Source of the DNA: Desulfobacterales bacterium
GTDB lineage: Bacteria; Desulfobacterota; Desulfobacteria; Desulfobacterales; UBA5616
DNA length: 64,000 nt
NCBI GenBank assembly: GCA_046483495.1
Contig: JAWODC010000092.1
Span: 128,153-192,152, forward strand
Direction of reading: 5' to 3'
Shown here: piece after piece, positions 28,358 through 38,801 of the stretch
How the letters are laid out: each line of letters opens with the position of its first letter
Numbering within the stretch: position 1 is the first letter of the stretch
The notes under the pieces: generated by a model
Databases searched by the model: none
What the model was told of the DNA's origin: nothing
The model's input: only the letters and a program-made list of their open reading frames with translations
Program-made: the position numbers and the translations under genes

Positions 28358-29110
28358 ATGAATGAAATGAAAGCGGATATCGGTGCAAAAACAGGTGACG
28401 CACTGCTGATTATCGATGTTCAAGTTGATTTCTGCCCGGGTGGAGCGCTGGCGATTCAAGAAGGGGACCAGGTGGTGCCGGTCATCAATGAGTGGATTCA
28501 AACGGCTCTGGAAAGGCGTGTACCCATATGTGCATCCCGCGACTGGCACCCCGGGCAGCACATCAGCTTTCAGGACGAGGGTGGAAACCGTCCCCCGCAC
28601 TGTTTGCAGGACAGCAAGGGCGCATTTTTTCATGAAGATTTGGCCCTTACCGACCAGACCGTGATCATTACAAAGGGCGTTCGGTTCGACAAAGATCAAC
28701 ATTCGGTCTTCGACGAAACCGGTTTCGATGCTTTTCTGAAGCGGCAAGGCATCGAGCGGCTGCTTATATGCGGCCTCGCCTTGGATGAATGCGTCCTTGC
28801 TACGGCCATGGATGCCCGGAAGCTTGGGTTTGGGGTCCATCTCATCCTGGACGGAACCCGTCCCGTGGATTATCACAACGGGTTTGAGGCGGTGGAAAAA
28901 ATGAAATCCGCAGGAGTCGTCATGCACGGATCCTTTCATGCCCCAAAGCCGGAAGAAAAGGGGTATGGATCTACGGAAACGGCCTTGGACATATCCGAGG
29001 AAATCCCCGTCTGTACAAAGGCGCCCGAATGGGCGGAGCATGAGCGGTTGGAGGATGATGATCAACCTTGCGATGACGGGCGCACCGGCAAACTTGACAG
29101 GGACGGGTAG
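28358..29110 (+). CDS. pncA: Nicotinamidase/pyrazinamidase (isochorismatase family) with acidic C-terminal extension
   Basis: ALLIIDVQVDFCPGGALA, SRDWHP and ERLLICGLALDECV (catalytic Cys) are present. The start at ATG 28358 is preceded by AAAGGA. About 60 extra C-terminal residues follow. Confidence 0.75.
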   Translation: MNEMKADIGAKTGDALLIIDVQVDFCPGGALAIQEGDQVVPVINEWIQTALERRVPICASRDWHPGQHISFQDEGGNRPPHCLQDSKGAFFHEDLALTDQTVIITKGVRFDKDQHSVFDETGFDAFLKRQGIERLLICGLALDECVLATAMDARKLGFGVHLILDGTRPVDYHNGFEAVEKMKSAGVVMHGSFHAPKPEEKGYGSTETALDISEEIPVCTKAPEWAEHERLEDDDQPCDDGRTGKLDRDG

Positions 29111-29588
29111 CGGTTCATCATGTGGACCGGGGCAGAAGACGACCGGCGAGATTCTTATCCGGTGCTCTATTACCTCCCAATTGCGGCCTGATGGCGAAAT
29201 ACCTGAAATGCTCGCCGGATCGAAAAGAGGCCGCACCGGGCACAGCTTTGCGTCGCTAAAGTGTTTGGGGGTCACCGTAAATTCCAATAACCCGATTCGG
29301 CCGAAGGTAAGCCGGCCCGTCGGGTTAACCTATTCCATATCGGAATCCTCCGAAGCTTGGTCGATATCCTTCCAAGAATCATCCTTCCAGTCGGCTTTTC
29401 GGCTCGAGCCTGTATGGTTCGATCGAGCCGATGCATAAAAGATCGCTTTACCCGGGAACGAATAGCCGTTAAAATTAAGAGTTATTCAAATTTCAACGTT
29501 GATGTCGAAAGGCGGAACGTTTTGGCCCATCCGCCGGCGTTGGATGCTGTCTGAGCTGAATGGGCTCTAACCGGAGCGCATTAAGGGG

Positions 29589-31448
29589 ATGAATATTTTC
29601 CACAAAGGAGCCGATCTGTATAACAAGTGTAAAGCGGGTTGCGGCATGAGCATGCCGTCCGTCCTATTCATGACCGGATATGTCTTGGGGATCGTATGCA
29701 TGATGGCGGGTTTTCCCGGATTCGGAGCGGCCCAGGATGGCATGATTCGTTACGAGGTTCTGTTTAAAGGGCTTCCCACCGATGATATCAGAGACATTCT
29801 GCGCCAGGTCTCCGATACCGCCGGTCGACAGGATGAGCCGGCATTGTCCCTGGGATTTCTGAAACGGCGCATGCAGCAGGACCTTCCGGCAATAGAAAAG
29901 GTTTTTCGATCCAAGGGGTATTACGGAGTCCGGATCGATACCGAAGTCGACACCGAAGAACGACCGGCGCGTGCCGTTTTCCGGATTGCGCCAGGACCCG
30001 TCTACAGGCTGAAAAAGGTCGAAATCGATCTTGCCGGCCCGCCGGATGAACCATTGCCAGCGCCGCCCGATGTCGACAGGCCGGCGCTTCAACCCGGCCG
30101 TCCGGCGGAGGCCGAATCCATCATCGCGTTCCGCTCTTCGATTACCCGGTATTTCCAAAATCGGGGTTTTCCCCTGGCAAAAACGGCTGAACCGGACGTG
30201 GTCGTCGATCATCAGGACCATGCCGTCTCAGTGACGTATGCGGTCACTACCGGGCCGCGGGCCGTTTTCGGAGCGACTGAAATCACGGGGGCGGAAACGG
30301 TCGAATCCTCGTTTATTCGGGAAAAATTCCCCTGGAAGCCGAGAGATCCCTTCAAAGCCGATCTTCTGGACAGGGTCAGGGCCGACCTTCTTGAAACCGG
30401 TCTCTTCAGTGTCGTGGTGTTCAGCACCGGAGACCGCGTCGATGCACAAGGCCGTTTGCCGCTCACACTGCGGGTGAGGGAACGGAAGCACAGAACCCTC
30501 AAGCTCGGACTCGGATATACGACGGACGAGGATTTCATTGCCCGGGTCAATTGGGAGCACCGCAATTTACTTCACCGGGGAGAATCACTGAGTTTCCGCA
30601 GCCATGTATCGGGAATACGCCTGACACTCCAAGGGGCTTTTGAAAAGCCGAACGTCTTTCGGCCGGATCAGTCCTTTATTTTTGATCTGCGCCTGTCGGA
30701 TGAATATCCCGAGGCTTATACCAGCCGCAGTTTGACCGGATCGGCCGTTCTTAAGCGGAAGCTTGGATCCGGTATGGAGGCCGGCCTTGGTGTGGCGCTT
30801 ACCTACTCGGAAATCGAACAGTTTGACCAGACCGACACCTTTCAGTTGGTTTCCCTGCCGGCCACCTTTAACCGGGATCGGCGAGACAGCATTCTCGATC
30901 CCGCTTCGGGAGGAAACCTCGCGCTTCGAGCCGCCCCGTTCTATGACTTTATCGGCGGGGAAACCGGATTTGTAAAGGGCTCGGGTCTTTACAGCCATTA
31001 TTTGAGGATCTTTTCAAAACCGCGGGCTGTCCTTGCCCTGAAGGGGGTGGCCGGATTTATCGGCGGGAGCCCCTTGGAGGATGTTCCGGCGGATATCCGG
31101 TTTTATGCCGGAGGGGGGGGCTCCATCCGGGGATATGCATATCAATCCGCTGGAAACGTCATGGGAGAAGACAATGATCCGGTGGGCGGGCGATCCCTGC
31201 TCACCCTGTCTTCCGAGTTGAGAATCCGCATCACCGAGAGCATTGGTTTGGTTCCCTTCCTGGACGGGGGGAACGTTTTCGAATCGGCGTACCCGGATTT
31301 CGACCGCAGCCTGCTCTGGGGGGCCGGTCTGGGCCTGCGCTATATAACCGCTGTCGGCCCGCTGCGCCTCGATTTGGCGTTCCCAATAAACGAGCGTTCA
31401 TTTGATGATCCGTTTCAACTGTACATCAGTATCGGTCAGGCATTTTAA
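29589..31448 (+). CDS. tamA: TamA/BamA-family outer-membrane protein (Omp85; POTRA + beta-barrel)
   Basis: 619 aa. The N-terminal hydrophobic signal is followed by POTRA-like repeats and a C-terminal barrel (RFYAGGGGSIRGY...LRLDLAFPI...LYISIGQAF). It lies directly upstream of a TamB-like gene. The exact start is uncertain (several Met in the first 22 codons). Confidence 0.8.
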   Translation: MNIFHKGADLYNKCKAGCGMSMPSVLFMTGYVLGIVCMMAGFPGFGAAQDGMIRYEVLFKGLPTDDIRDILRQVSDTAGRQDEPALSLGFLKRRMQQDLPAIEKVFRSKGYYGVRIDTEVDTEERPARAVFRIAPGPVYRLKKVEIDLAGPPDEPLPAPPDVDRPALQPGRPAEAESIIAFRSSITRYFQNRGFPLAKTAEPDVVVDHQDHAVSVTYAVTTGPRAVFGATEITGAETVESSFIREKFPWKPRDPFKADLLDRVRADLLETGLFSVVVFSTGDRVDAQGRLPLTLRVRERKHRTLKLGLGYTTDEDFIARVNWEHRNLLHRGESLSFRSHVSGIRLTLQGAFEKPNVFRPDQSFIFDLRLSDEYPEAYTSRSLTGSAVLKRKLGSGMEAGLGVALTYSEIEQFDQTDTFQLVSLPATFNRDRRDSILDPASGGNLALRAAPFYDFIGGETGFVKGSGLYSHYLRIFSKPRAVLALKGVAGFIGGSPLEDVPADIRFYAGGGGSIRGYAYQSAGNVMGEDNDPVGGRSLLTLSSELRIRITESIGLVPFLDGGNVFESAYPDFDRSLLWGAGLGLRYITAVGPLRLDLAFPINERSFDDPFQLYISIGQAF

Positions 31449-31469
31449 GGCGATGCTTAAAACAGGAGG

Positions 31470-34400
31470 ATGCAAATATTTCATATGGCTCCACGTCCGG
31501 GTTTTTATTTGAAAAAAAGTGCAAAATGGCTGGGCGTGGGGCTTTTGATAATCATGATCCTGATGTCCATTCTCTTTTTCCTGGTGCAAACGGATACGGC
31601 CAAGAACACCCTCGCCCGGATGATTTCTGAAAGCCTCAGCAGTGACGAAATCGCCATTCACATCCGTGGGTTGGACGGATGGATTCCCTTCAGCATCACC
31701 GTGGATCATCTGACGGTGGCCGACTCTGGAAAAGAAGCGGTCAGCGCGAGGGATGTGCGGCTGCACTGGGATCCCTTTTCGCTGATTGACCGCCCCCTGC
31801 GTATTACCGAAGTAAGCGCCTCATCGGTCCGGGTGGAAAGAATCCCCGAAGCCGGGAAGGATCAGGCTGAAGAGGAGGAGTTTCCTCCCTCTCGTCCCCT
31901 TTCACTGCCGGGGCTTGCCGTCGAGGATCTGCACATCGAACAGTTATATCTGGGTGAACCGGTCATCGGAATGCAGGCGGAATTTACAATCCGCGGGGAA
32001 CTGACATCTTCCGAACGGCGAGGCGAATTCATGAGCCGCCTGATGGTGAAGCGAACGGATCAGCCCGGTACCCGGCTCGATTTTGATCTCAGCGTCCGGG
32101 GAAAGGCGCCTGTCATGACGTTGGATTTCCGGTTTCGGGAACCCGAAGACGGGGTGCTTCACCGTCTGATCGGGTTGAGGGATGTCGGGCCGCTGGATGT
32201 CGAGCTCACCGGGAAAGGCCCGCTTGCCGAATGGCCCGGACGATTGGCCGCACATTTACAGGGAGCGGGTTCCTTGAAGTCCGATATCATGTTGCATGCG
32301 GAAAAGACGTTCACCATCGACAGCGAGGGCACGCTCCAATTGCGGGAAACCATCCTCCCGAGTGCCTTATCTCCTCTTTTTGACACGAACGGTCTGCCGT
32401 TCGAACTGAACCTGGATCTCGGTACGACCGAAAACATTTTCCCGCATGAGGTGCATTTCCGAACCCCTTGGGCGCGAACCCAATGGGTCCTCCATTCTGC
32501 AGAAAAAGGACCGGTGGCCGGCCGCTATGAGCTGGCGGTGCCGGACCTGTCCGTTTTTTCGAGCCTCACGGCGGGGGATGCCGGCGGCAGCCTGCAGCTT
32601 GAAGGGAGCTTCTCCGGCCCCCTCGATCAGCCCGAGCTCGATTTTGCCCTGGCGCTTGCGGATGTGACATTTGGTGATTACCAGGCCGAGGCCCTGCACA
32701 TGAACGCCGTGATCACCCGCCCGCAAAACGGATTGTCGGCGACCCCCCGCATGTTGGTCGATGCAAGCGGGCGCATAGCGGACCTGCGGCAGGTTGAACA
32801 AAAAAAGTTGCTTTTTCCGGATCCTTTCACATGGCGGGTGAGTGCCGATATCACGCGTTCAGCCCCGAAGACCTGGCAGGTGGATTCATTGATCCTGGCG
32901 GCTGAAGAGCAGCGGCTTTCCTTTTCCGGCCGGATCGACACCGACCTTTCCAATGTTGAAGGAAAACTGACGGCGGATTTTAATAACCCTTTATCCGCAG
33001 CTCCCTTCCTTGCCCCGGACGTACAGGGGAACATACACATTGCGGCGGACGTGCGGGCCAATCCGGCTGCACTCAAAATTTTCTCGGACTTCAACGGATA
33101 CACCCAAAACATCAGCGGCCTTCATGCTGAACTGGATCCGCTGCTGAAAGAGCGGGCGGAATTCGGCGGACGGATTGCCTTCGTTGCAGATGAATACGTC
33201 GAAATCGAAGGATTTGAGGTTCAGACGAAATGGGCCCTGCTTTCCGGCCGCTCCGGACTCAACCTGGATACGGAAAGCATTTCGGGATCGTTCGACATTG
33301 CATTCCCCGGGCTTTCACCCTTTTCACCCCTTGTCGGAGCGGAACTCTCGGGCGCTCTGGATATCGACGCAAGCATCGAGGGACCCATCGCGAAACCCAT
33401 GGTGCATATCCATGCAGCATCCAGGGGGCTGTCCCTTAATGGCCGACAGGTAGAACAGGTCGAAGCTTCGGTGAATGTCCGCGGCCTTGGCGCCGAAACG
33501 AAAGGTGCTTTTGCCGTGAATGCCGTTCTCGATCAGAAAGCCATTACGGCACGCGGCGATGTCGGCATGTCTGATGATTGGGTGGACATTTCCGGACTGC
33601 AATTTGCCGCCGACGGGGCGGCTCTTCAGGGGCGGATGAGAATCGGTTTGGATCAACCGGCCTTAATCGGAAGGCTGCAGGGTCGGGCCATGCCGCTTTC
33701 ATCGATATCATCGCTGTATGGATATGCTGCATCCGGTTCGGCGGATCTTTCAATTGAATTGCAAAATCCGCGGGGGGCCCAGGAGGCGATGTTCGAAGTA
33801 TTGGTGGATGCCCCGGCTTCCGAATTCGGTACAGCGGACAACATAACTTTATCCGGCAGCGTGACGGATCTTTTCGGCGAACCTCTGGCCGACATATCGG
33901 CGAATGTGCAAAATTTCAGCAAGGATGACGTGAAAGTCGACAGTCTTTCTTTTTCCGCAAAGGGAAGGGCCGCCGAATCCTCCTTTCAATTGCGTTTCGA
34001 AGGGGCCCATGCGGGAAGGCCCCTTAACCTTGAAACACTGGGATCATTTCGACGGGACAATGCGGATCTCATGCGAGTGCGCCTTGACCGCTTCGGAGGT
34101 AATATAGGGCAATCCGAATTCGGGCTGTCCGAACCCCTTGTATTTAAAAAGCAAGGACCCGAATATGAATTGGAGCCGCTGATCATCGATCTGGGTGGGG
34201 GAACGATTACCGCGGCGGGGCTTTACGGTCCCGAAACGCTCAGAACCGACGTTCGTATTGAATCCGTGCCCCTGACCGTCCTGGCGAATTTCGGCCTGCC
34301 AACATTTCAAGGGGACGTCAGTGGGGTGCTGAATCTTTCCGGTCGGCCCGAAAAACCGAGGGCGGATTTCAATATGCGCCTGCGGAAAGTGCGGCTGAAA

Positions 34401-35873
34401 ATTACGGAAACGGATCTGCCCCCGGTGCGTGTCGATGTCGACGGCCGATATGCCGACGATGCCCTCAGTGTCATTTTGAGTGCGGCGGGATTAGAGGACA
34501 TGGCGATATCGGCCGAGATCCGGGCACCGGTGCGCATCGCTGTAAGTCCGGAAAATTTCATTACCGAGCCCCGCGGGGATTTGGAAGGCCGGCTGTTCGG
34601 GCAGGTGGGGCTCGACAATTTGCCGGCTGTTTGGCATCTGGAAAACCAGGATCTGGCGGGCAGCCTCACAGCGGATCTCGACGTAAGCGGCTCATTTGGA
34701 GCGCCCCGCCTGAGCGGAGCCGTCCGGCTTGAAAACGGAAAATATGAAAATTTAAAAAACGGTATTCTTCTGCGGGAGGTGCGGGTCTCGGCCGAAATGG
34801 CCGGTCGGGAGATTGTACTGGAGGAGTTCGCCGCCACGGACGGTGAAGACGGGAGAATATCGGCCGGTGGGCGGGTTGTCCTTGACCGCGCATCGCATTT
34901 TCCGCTTGACTTGAAGATCCGCCTGGATGACGCCACCCTGGTCCGCCGCACCGACCTTACGGCCGAATTCGAAGGAGGGCTGAATTTTTCCGGCAATCTT
35001 CAGGAATTGACACTTACCGGGCAGCTGGAGGTGGGGCCGGCCGAGTACCGCCTGCCTGAGGAGCTGCCCGTCGATGTTCCGGAGCTGGATGTACGGGAAA
35101 TCAATATCCCGCCCGAGCGGGAACCGGAAAAAGCAAAAGCACCCGAAGATGGAACCCGATTGAACCTGGATATCCGGGTGAGGTCAAAAGGGCAGGTGTT
35201 TATCCGCGGCCGCGGCTTGACATCGGAATGGCAGGGTAAGCTCGAAGTCGGCGGAACCGCCCGGGCACCCGTCCTTATCGGGCAACTCTCGATTGTCAAG
35301 GGCCGCTATATATTTTACGACAAGCCCTTCGAACTCACCGAAGGCGAGATCCGGTTTTCCGGGGGCATTCCTCCTTTGCCGCGATTCAACGTCACCGCAG
35401 TGCACGAACGTCCCGATCTCACGGTTCGAATCATAATATCCGGAACTCCCGACAGTCTGGATGTGGAATTCTCATCGGATCCTGCTCTGCCCAATGACGA
35501 AATTCTTTCCCGGCTTCTCTTCGGAAAAAGCGTTGCGGACATTACCCCTTTGCAGGCACTTCGATTGGCAAACGCCATCGGGTCGCTGGCCGGTGCGGGG
35601 GGCGGGGGTGTTATGGGTTTTGTGGACAGTACGCGCAGGCTGATCGGCGTGGACGAATTGAGCATCTCGCCCGATGCGGAAGGGGACACTACGGTGCGCA
35701 TCGGAAAGTATTTAACCGAAGATGTGTTTGTGCAGGTGGAGAAAGGTTTCGGTCCTGAAGACCGGGAAACGGTTTCCGTGGAAGTCCGGTTATCATCCAA
35801 TCTCACCCTGGAAAGCGAGGCCGGGGTCCAGGGGGAGGGGGGCGCCATCCTGAACTGGCGATGGGATTACTAG
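31470..35873 (+). CDS. tamB: Translocation and assembly module protein TamB (DUF490 C-terminus)
   Basis: 1467 aa with an N-terminal TM anchor and a long beta-rich repetitive body. The C-terminal region (DELSISPDAEGDTTVRIGKYLTEDVFVQV...ILNWRWDY) is typical of DUF490/TamB. Confidence 0.85.
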   Translation: MQIFHMAPRPGFYLKKSAKWLGVGLLIIMILMSILFFLVQTDTAKNTLARMISESLSSDEIAIHIRGLDGWIPFSITVDHLTVADSGKEAVSARDVRLHWDPFSLIDRPLRITEVSASSVRVERIPEAGKDQAEEEEFPPSRPLSLPGLAVEDLHIEQLYLGEPVIGMQAEFTIRGELTSSERRGEFMSRLMVKRTDQPGTRLDFDLSVRGKAPVMTLDFRFREPEDGVLHRLIGLRDVGPLDVELTGKGPLAEWPGRLAAHLQGAGSLKSDIMLHAEKTFTIDSEGTLQLRETILPSALSPLFDTNGLPFELNLDLGTTENIFPHEVHFRTPWARTQWVLHSAEKGPVAGRYELAVPDLSVFSSLTAGDAGGSLQLEGSFSGPLDQPELDFALALADVTFGDYQAEALHMNAVITRPQNGLSATPRMLVDASGRIADLRQVEQKKLLFPDPFTWRVSADITRSAPKTWQVDSLILAAEEQRLSFSGRIDTDLSNVEGKLTADFNNPLSAAPFLAPDVQGNIHIAADVRANPAALKIFSDFNGYTQNISGLHAELDPLLKERAEFGGRIAFVADEYVEIEGFEVQTKWALLSGRSGLNLDTESISGSFDIAFPGLSPFSPLVGAELSGALDIDASIEGPIAKPMVHIHAASRGLSLNGRQVEQVEASVNVRGLGAETKGAFAVNAVLDQKAITARGDVGMSDDWVDISGLQFAADGAALQGRMRIGLDQPALIGRLQGRAMPLSSISSLYGYAASGSADLSIELQNPRGAQEAMFEVLVDAPASEFGTADNITLSGSVTDLFGEPLADISANVQNFSKDDVKVDSLSFSAKGRAAESSFQLRFEGAHAGRPLNLETLGSFRRDNADLMRVRLDRFGGNIGQSEFGLSEPLVFKKQGPEYELEPLIIDLGGGTITAAGLYGPETLRTDVRIESVPLTVLANFGLPTFQGDVSGVLNLSGRPEKPRADFNMRLRKVRLKITETDLPPVRVDVDGRYADDALSVILSAAGLEDMAISAEIRAPVRIAVSPENFITEPRGDLEGRLFGQVGLDNLPAVWHLENQDLAGSLTADLDVSGSFGAPRLSGAVRLENGKYENLKNGILLREVRVSAEMAGREIVLEEFAATDGEDGRISAGGRVVLDRASHFPLDLKIRLDDATLVRRTDLTAEFEGGLNFSGNLQELTLTGQLEVGPAEYRLPEELPVDVPELDVREINIPPEREPEKAKAPEDGTRLNLDIRVRSKGQVFIRGRGLTSEWQGKLEVGGTARAPVLIGQLSIVKGRYIFYDKPFELTEGEIRFSGGIPPLPRFNVTAVHERPDLTVRIIISGTPDSLDVEFSSDPALPNDEILSRLLFGKSVADITPLQALRLANAIGSLAGAGGGGVMGFVDSTRRLIGVDELSISPDAEGDTTVRIGKYLTEDVFVQVEKGFGPEDRETVSVEVRLSSNLTLESEAGVQGEGGAILNWRWDY

Positions 35874-36155
35874 AAAAATGGGTTGACATGATAATCATCA
35901 CATCCGATCGGTCTTCCAGACATCGCATAGCGTAAGTGAGAGGTTAAGCCCATTTTCGCATCACTTTACCGGCTGTTTACGATCAAAATTACGGATTAAC
36001 CGTATATCAAACATATTCGTATGCTGATAAAGCCTTCTTAAGGAATTATGCGGTAAGGGAACGGCTGCTTCGCGCATGGGTTTGATCGGGCGCAAGGCCG
36101 CTTGAGTGCACGAAAGGTGCACTGCTTATCAGGATCGAAACGAAAGGAGTCATCC

Positions 36156-36491
36156 ATGCCCCGATTCTCGGTTATTCTCAGCTTCTTAATTATCCTTTTC
36201 CTGGTTATTGCCGGGTTTCAAAATATCGAAGAGGTGTCGATTCAGTTTTTGTGGTGGAACACGCAAATGGCGCTTACCGGGGCGCTGTTTCTGTCCGCCG
36301 TGGCGGGTGCCGCAGCGGCAGCTTTCTTGAGTCTTCCCAAACTGTTCAGAAAACACCGGGAATCCAAGCGGCTGCGCAGTGATGTGGACCGGTTGGAAAA
36401 GCTTTGCGAATCCAACAAAGCGCGTGCACAGGAGCATCCGACAACCGAACCTTCTCAAAAAAGGGAAATCCGTACCGGGCAGACATCATGA
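36156..36491 (+). CDS. LapA-family (DUF1049) inner-membrane protein
   Basis: Start ATG 36156 is preceded by AAAGGAG. There are two TM helices (FSVILSFLIILFLVIAGFQN, MALTGALFLSAVAGAAAAAFL) followed by a charged coiled tail. Confidence 0.6.
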   Translation: MPRFSVILSFLIILFLVIAGFQNIEEVSIQFLWWNTQMALTGALFLSAVAGAAAAAFLSLPKLFRKHRESKRLRSDVDRLEKLCESNKARAQEHPTTEPSQKREIRTGQTS

Positions 36492-37414
36492 ACATTCTGG
36501 TTACAGGGGGCTTGGGATTTATCGGCCGTCATCTCTCGAATCTTCTGTTGGACCAGGGCCATGAGGTGACGGCGATCGGCACCCGACCGAATCCGCGGAT
36601 GATCGAACACCCGAAGTTTCACTATATTGCCGCCGATACTCAAAAAGAAGGCGATTGGCAGGAGTCGGCGCGGCAAGCCGACGCTGTCGTGAATCTGGCG
36701 GGAAGATCCATTTTTCGGTACTGGTCGAAAAAAAACAAACGCGAAATCCATGACAGCCGGATTTTAACCACCAGGAACCTGGTGAAGGCGATATCCGGCG
36801 GGAATTGCGGGGTCTTGTGCAGCACGTCCGCCGTCGGTTTTTACGGCGACGGCGGTGAAAAAGTACTTACGGAGGACGCGGATCCGGGAGATGATTTTCT
36901 GGCACGACTGTCCCTGGATTGGGAGAGAGAGGCTAAGGCCGCTGAAAACCATGATGTCCGAGTGGTCATCATGCGGTTCGGCATCGTTCTTGCGCATGAC
37001 GGCGGCGCCATGAGCAAAATGATCCCGGCGTATCGGCTGTTCTTAGGGGGGTCGATGGGAAGCGGTCGGCAATGGTTTTCGTGGATTCATATGAAGGATT
37101 TGATCGATGCCGCGGCCTTTGCCGCATCCCGGAAAAATTTCAGAGGGACGTACAATTTCTGCTCCCCCGTACCTGTCCGTCAGAAGGATCTGGCAAAAAC
37201 GCTCGGCAGCTTTCTTCGTAGACCGGCGGTTCTGCACATTCCCGGCTTTTTCATCGAACTTCTGCTCGGTGAATTCGGCCGAATGCTGCTCAACAGCCAG
37301 CGGGCGGTGCCCCGCAACCTGCAGCAGCAGGAATTCGAATTTCAATATCCTACCCTCGATGCGGCTCTTCACCAAGTGGTGGAAAAGGGATTCTGGGTTG
37401 CCGGAGTGGGATAG
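36488..37414 (+). CDS. TIGR01777/YfcH-family NAD-dependent epimerase/dehydratase-like protein (DUF1731 C-terminus)
   Basis: MNILVTGGLGFIGRHL is the Rossmann start. The ATG overlaps the upstream stop (ATGA 36488-36491). GSGRQWFSWIHMKD and the C-terminal FEFQYPTLDAAL match the family. Confidence 0.8.
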   Translation: MNILVTGGLGFIGRHLSNLLLDQGHEVTAIGTRPNPRMIEHPKFHYIAADTQKEGDWQESARQADAVVNLAGRSIFRYWSKKNKREIHDSRILTTRNLVKAISGGNCGVLCSTSAVGFYGDGGEKVLTEDADPGDDFLARLSLDWEREAKAAENHDVRVVIMRFGIVLAHDGGAMSKMIPAYRLFLGGSMGSGRQWFSWIHMKDLIDAAAFAASRKNFRGTYNFCSPVPVRQKDLAKTLGSFLRRPAVLHIPGFFIELLLGEFGRMLLNSQRAVPRNLQQQEFEFQYPTLDAALHQVVEKGFWVAGVG

Positions 37415-37476
37415 CCCATGTTACCCGTTTAAATAGTGCCCATCCATAAATGGCCCTTCCACGCGATTTCTGCGGT

Positions 37477-37536
37477 GGACGCAAGATCGAAATCCTCAAA
37501 ATAGCACACTATTCCTGCGGTTTCGATCTTGCGTCC
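37477..37536. repeat. Long inverted repeat (16 bp perfect, 19 bp with one mismatch) between convergent genes
   Basis: ggacgcaagatcgaaa (37477-37492) and tttcgatcttgcgtcc (37521-37536) are separated by a 28-nt spacer. No flanking U-run. Confidence 0.85.
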
Positions 37537-37559
37537 GCCTTGAACTCGCGCGAAATTGC

Positions 37560-38801
37560 CTATTTCTGGATGGACACTAAATAACCCTCCGGTGCCAGGC
37601 TGGTTGCCAGCATCACGCGGTTGATGTCCTCGTGGTCCATCCAGGTTTTCGAATTCCTGTTCCGGGAATCGAGCCAGAATTGTTCGATTGTTTCGCTCAA
37701 TTCCATGTAAGGCGAAAAACGGTCGATGCGCATGTGCAGCGGATGATCGGCAGGGAACACTGCGATGTTTTCCGAGAGCGTATCCTGAATCCCGGGTACC
37801 GCATGCAGTCCGATCGCCATTCCCAGCTCTCTGAAAGCCAACCGGTAATCGGCCGAAAGTGCCGTGAATCGGCTTTCGGCGACGGCGGTTAACCCTTCCA
37901 GTGCGGCGTCCAGCAGATCGCTCAGCAGGGCGGTTCCGGAAAACGTGCCCTTGACAATCAGCTTCGACACCTTATCGGCATCTCCCAACAGCCCTCCGAT
38001 GCCCAAGGGGTCGTCCGTGGCCCAGTTTTTCCCCCTGCAAAGCGTTTCGAGGTCGGCGATTTCCGATTCGAGCGACGGTGTCGGGGGGTTTGAAAATTCC
38101 AGTGCCGTTGCGCTCAACTGATGATACGTAATCAGGCCATCGAGCGGGTCGTGATGCCCCATCGAGGGCACCAGCGGATAAGTGAGATCGATGCTCATTT
38201 TCCAGAACATTCGCTTTGCGCCCGCCGGTGCCGGGTGAACAAAGCCGGTATGCGCGGCCTTGGCGAGTTCAAGGGCCCAGGTATTGAACATCGGGTTGTT
38301 CGTTTCCCGGCTCACCCGGTTCAGCGCATGCATCCATTTGGTCAGATAGTGGTAGTACTGCCCGTCGCGGTCCCACTCCATTCGATGGTCATAGGCCTCA
38401 TGGGGTCCGCGTTCAGGCAAAGATTTGCCGATCCGCAAGCCACCCCGCGTTGGATGGCGCTTTCCCTCTTCTTCATCGAGGCCGCTGATCCATCCGGTCC
38501 GACGGTCATCCGGGCGATGGCGCCCCAGGACATGATGGACCTGGTCGACAAGGGCCAGGGCGAGCCGGAGGTGGTTTTCATCCGCAGTTTGCCGGTACAG
38601 CTCCAGTAAATTGCATACCGCGAAGGCATCGGTCCACAGATAGCGCCTCGGATTGTGTCGAGGCGGCTCGAGTCCGGTGTCGTGTGCATATGCATGCATC
38701 AATTGCGCAACGGTCGGTAGAGCGTTTTTCGGATCGCTTCCGAGGCCGGTACCGCCGTTATTTGAATTTTTCTTCCGGTCTTCGTTCCGGGACATATTCA
38801 T
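37560..38801 (-). CDS. Conserved-looking hypothetical protein (about 410 aa), family not recognised
   Basis: Long ORF with protein-like composition (YLWTDAFAVCNLLELYRQ..., GQYYHYLTKWMHAL...). The start is uncertain: ATG 38801 or 38795 would overlap the upstream FTR-like gene by about 40 nt, and the next Met is at 38699. Confidence 0.55.
   Translation of the reverse strand: MNMSRNEDRKKNSNNGGTGLGSDPKNALPTVAQLMHAYAHDTGLEPPRHNPRRYLWTDAFAVCNLLELYRQTADENHLRLALALVDQVHHVLGRHRPDDRRTGWISGLDEEEGKRHPTRGGLRIGKSLPERGPHEAYDHRMEWDRDGQYYHYLTKWMHALNRVSRETNNPMFNTWALELAKAAHTGFVHPAPAGAKRMFWKMSIDLTYPLVPSMGHHDPLDGLITYHQLSATALEFSNPPTPSLESEIADLETLCRGKNWATDDPLGIGGLLGDADKVSKLIVKGTFSGTALLSDLLDAALEGLTAVAESRFTALSADYRLAFRELGMAIGLHAVPGIQDTLSENIAVFPADHPLHMRIDRFSPYMELSETIEQFWLDSRNRNSKTWMDHEDINRVMLATSLAPEGYLVSIQK

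Noticed and set aside
35883-35902. A Fur-box-like sequence (ATGATAATCAT core) overlapping a TTGACA hexamer just after the tamB stop.
   Set aside because: Only the central 11 nt match the 19-bp Fur consensus and the flanks do not. No acceptable -10 element lies at 16-19 nt from the TTGACA. There is no metal-related gene downstream (the next gene is LapA-like).
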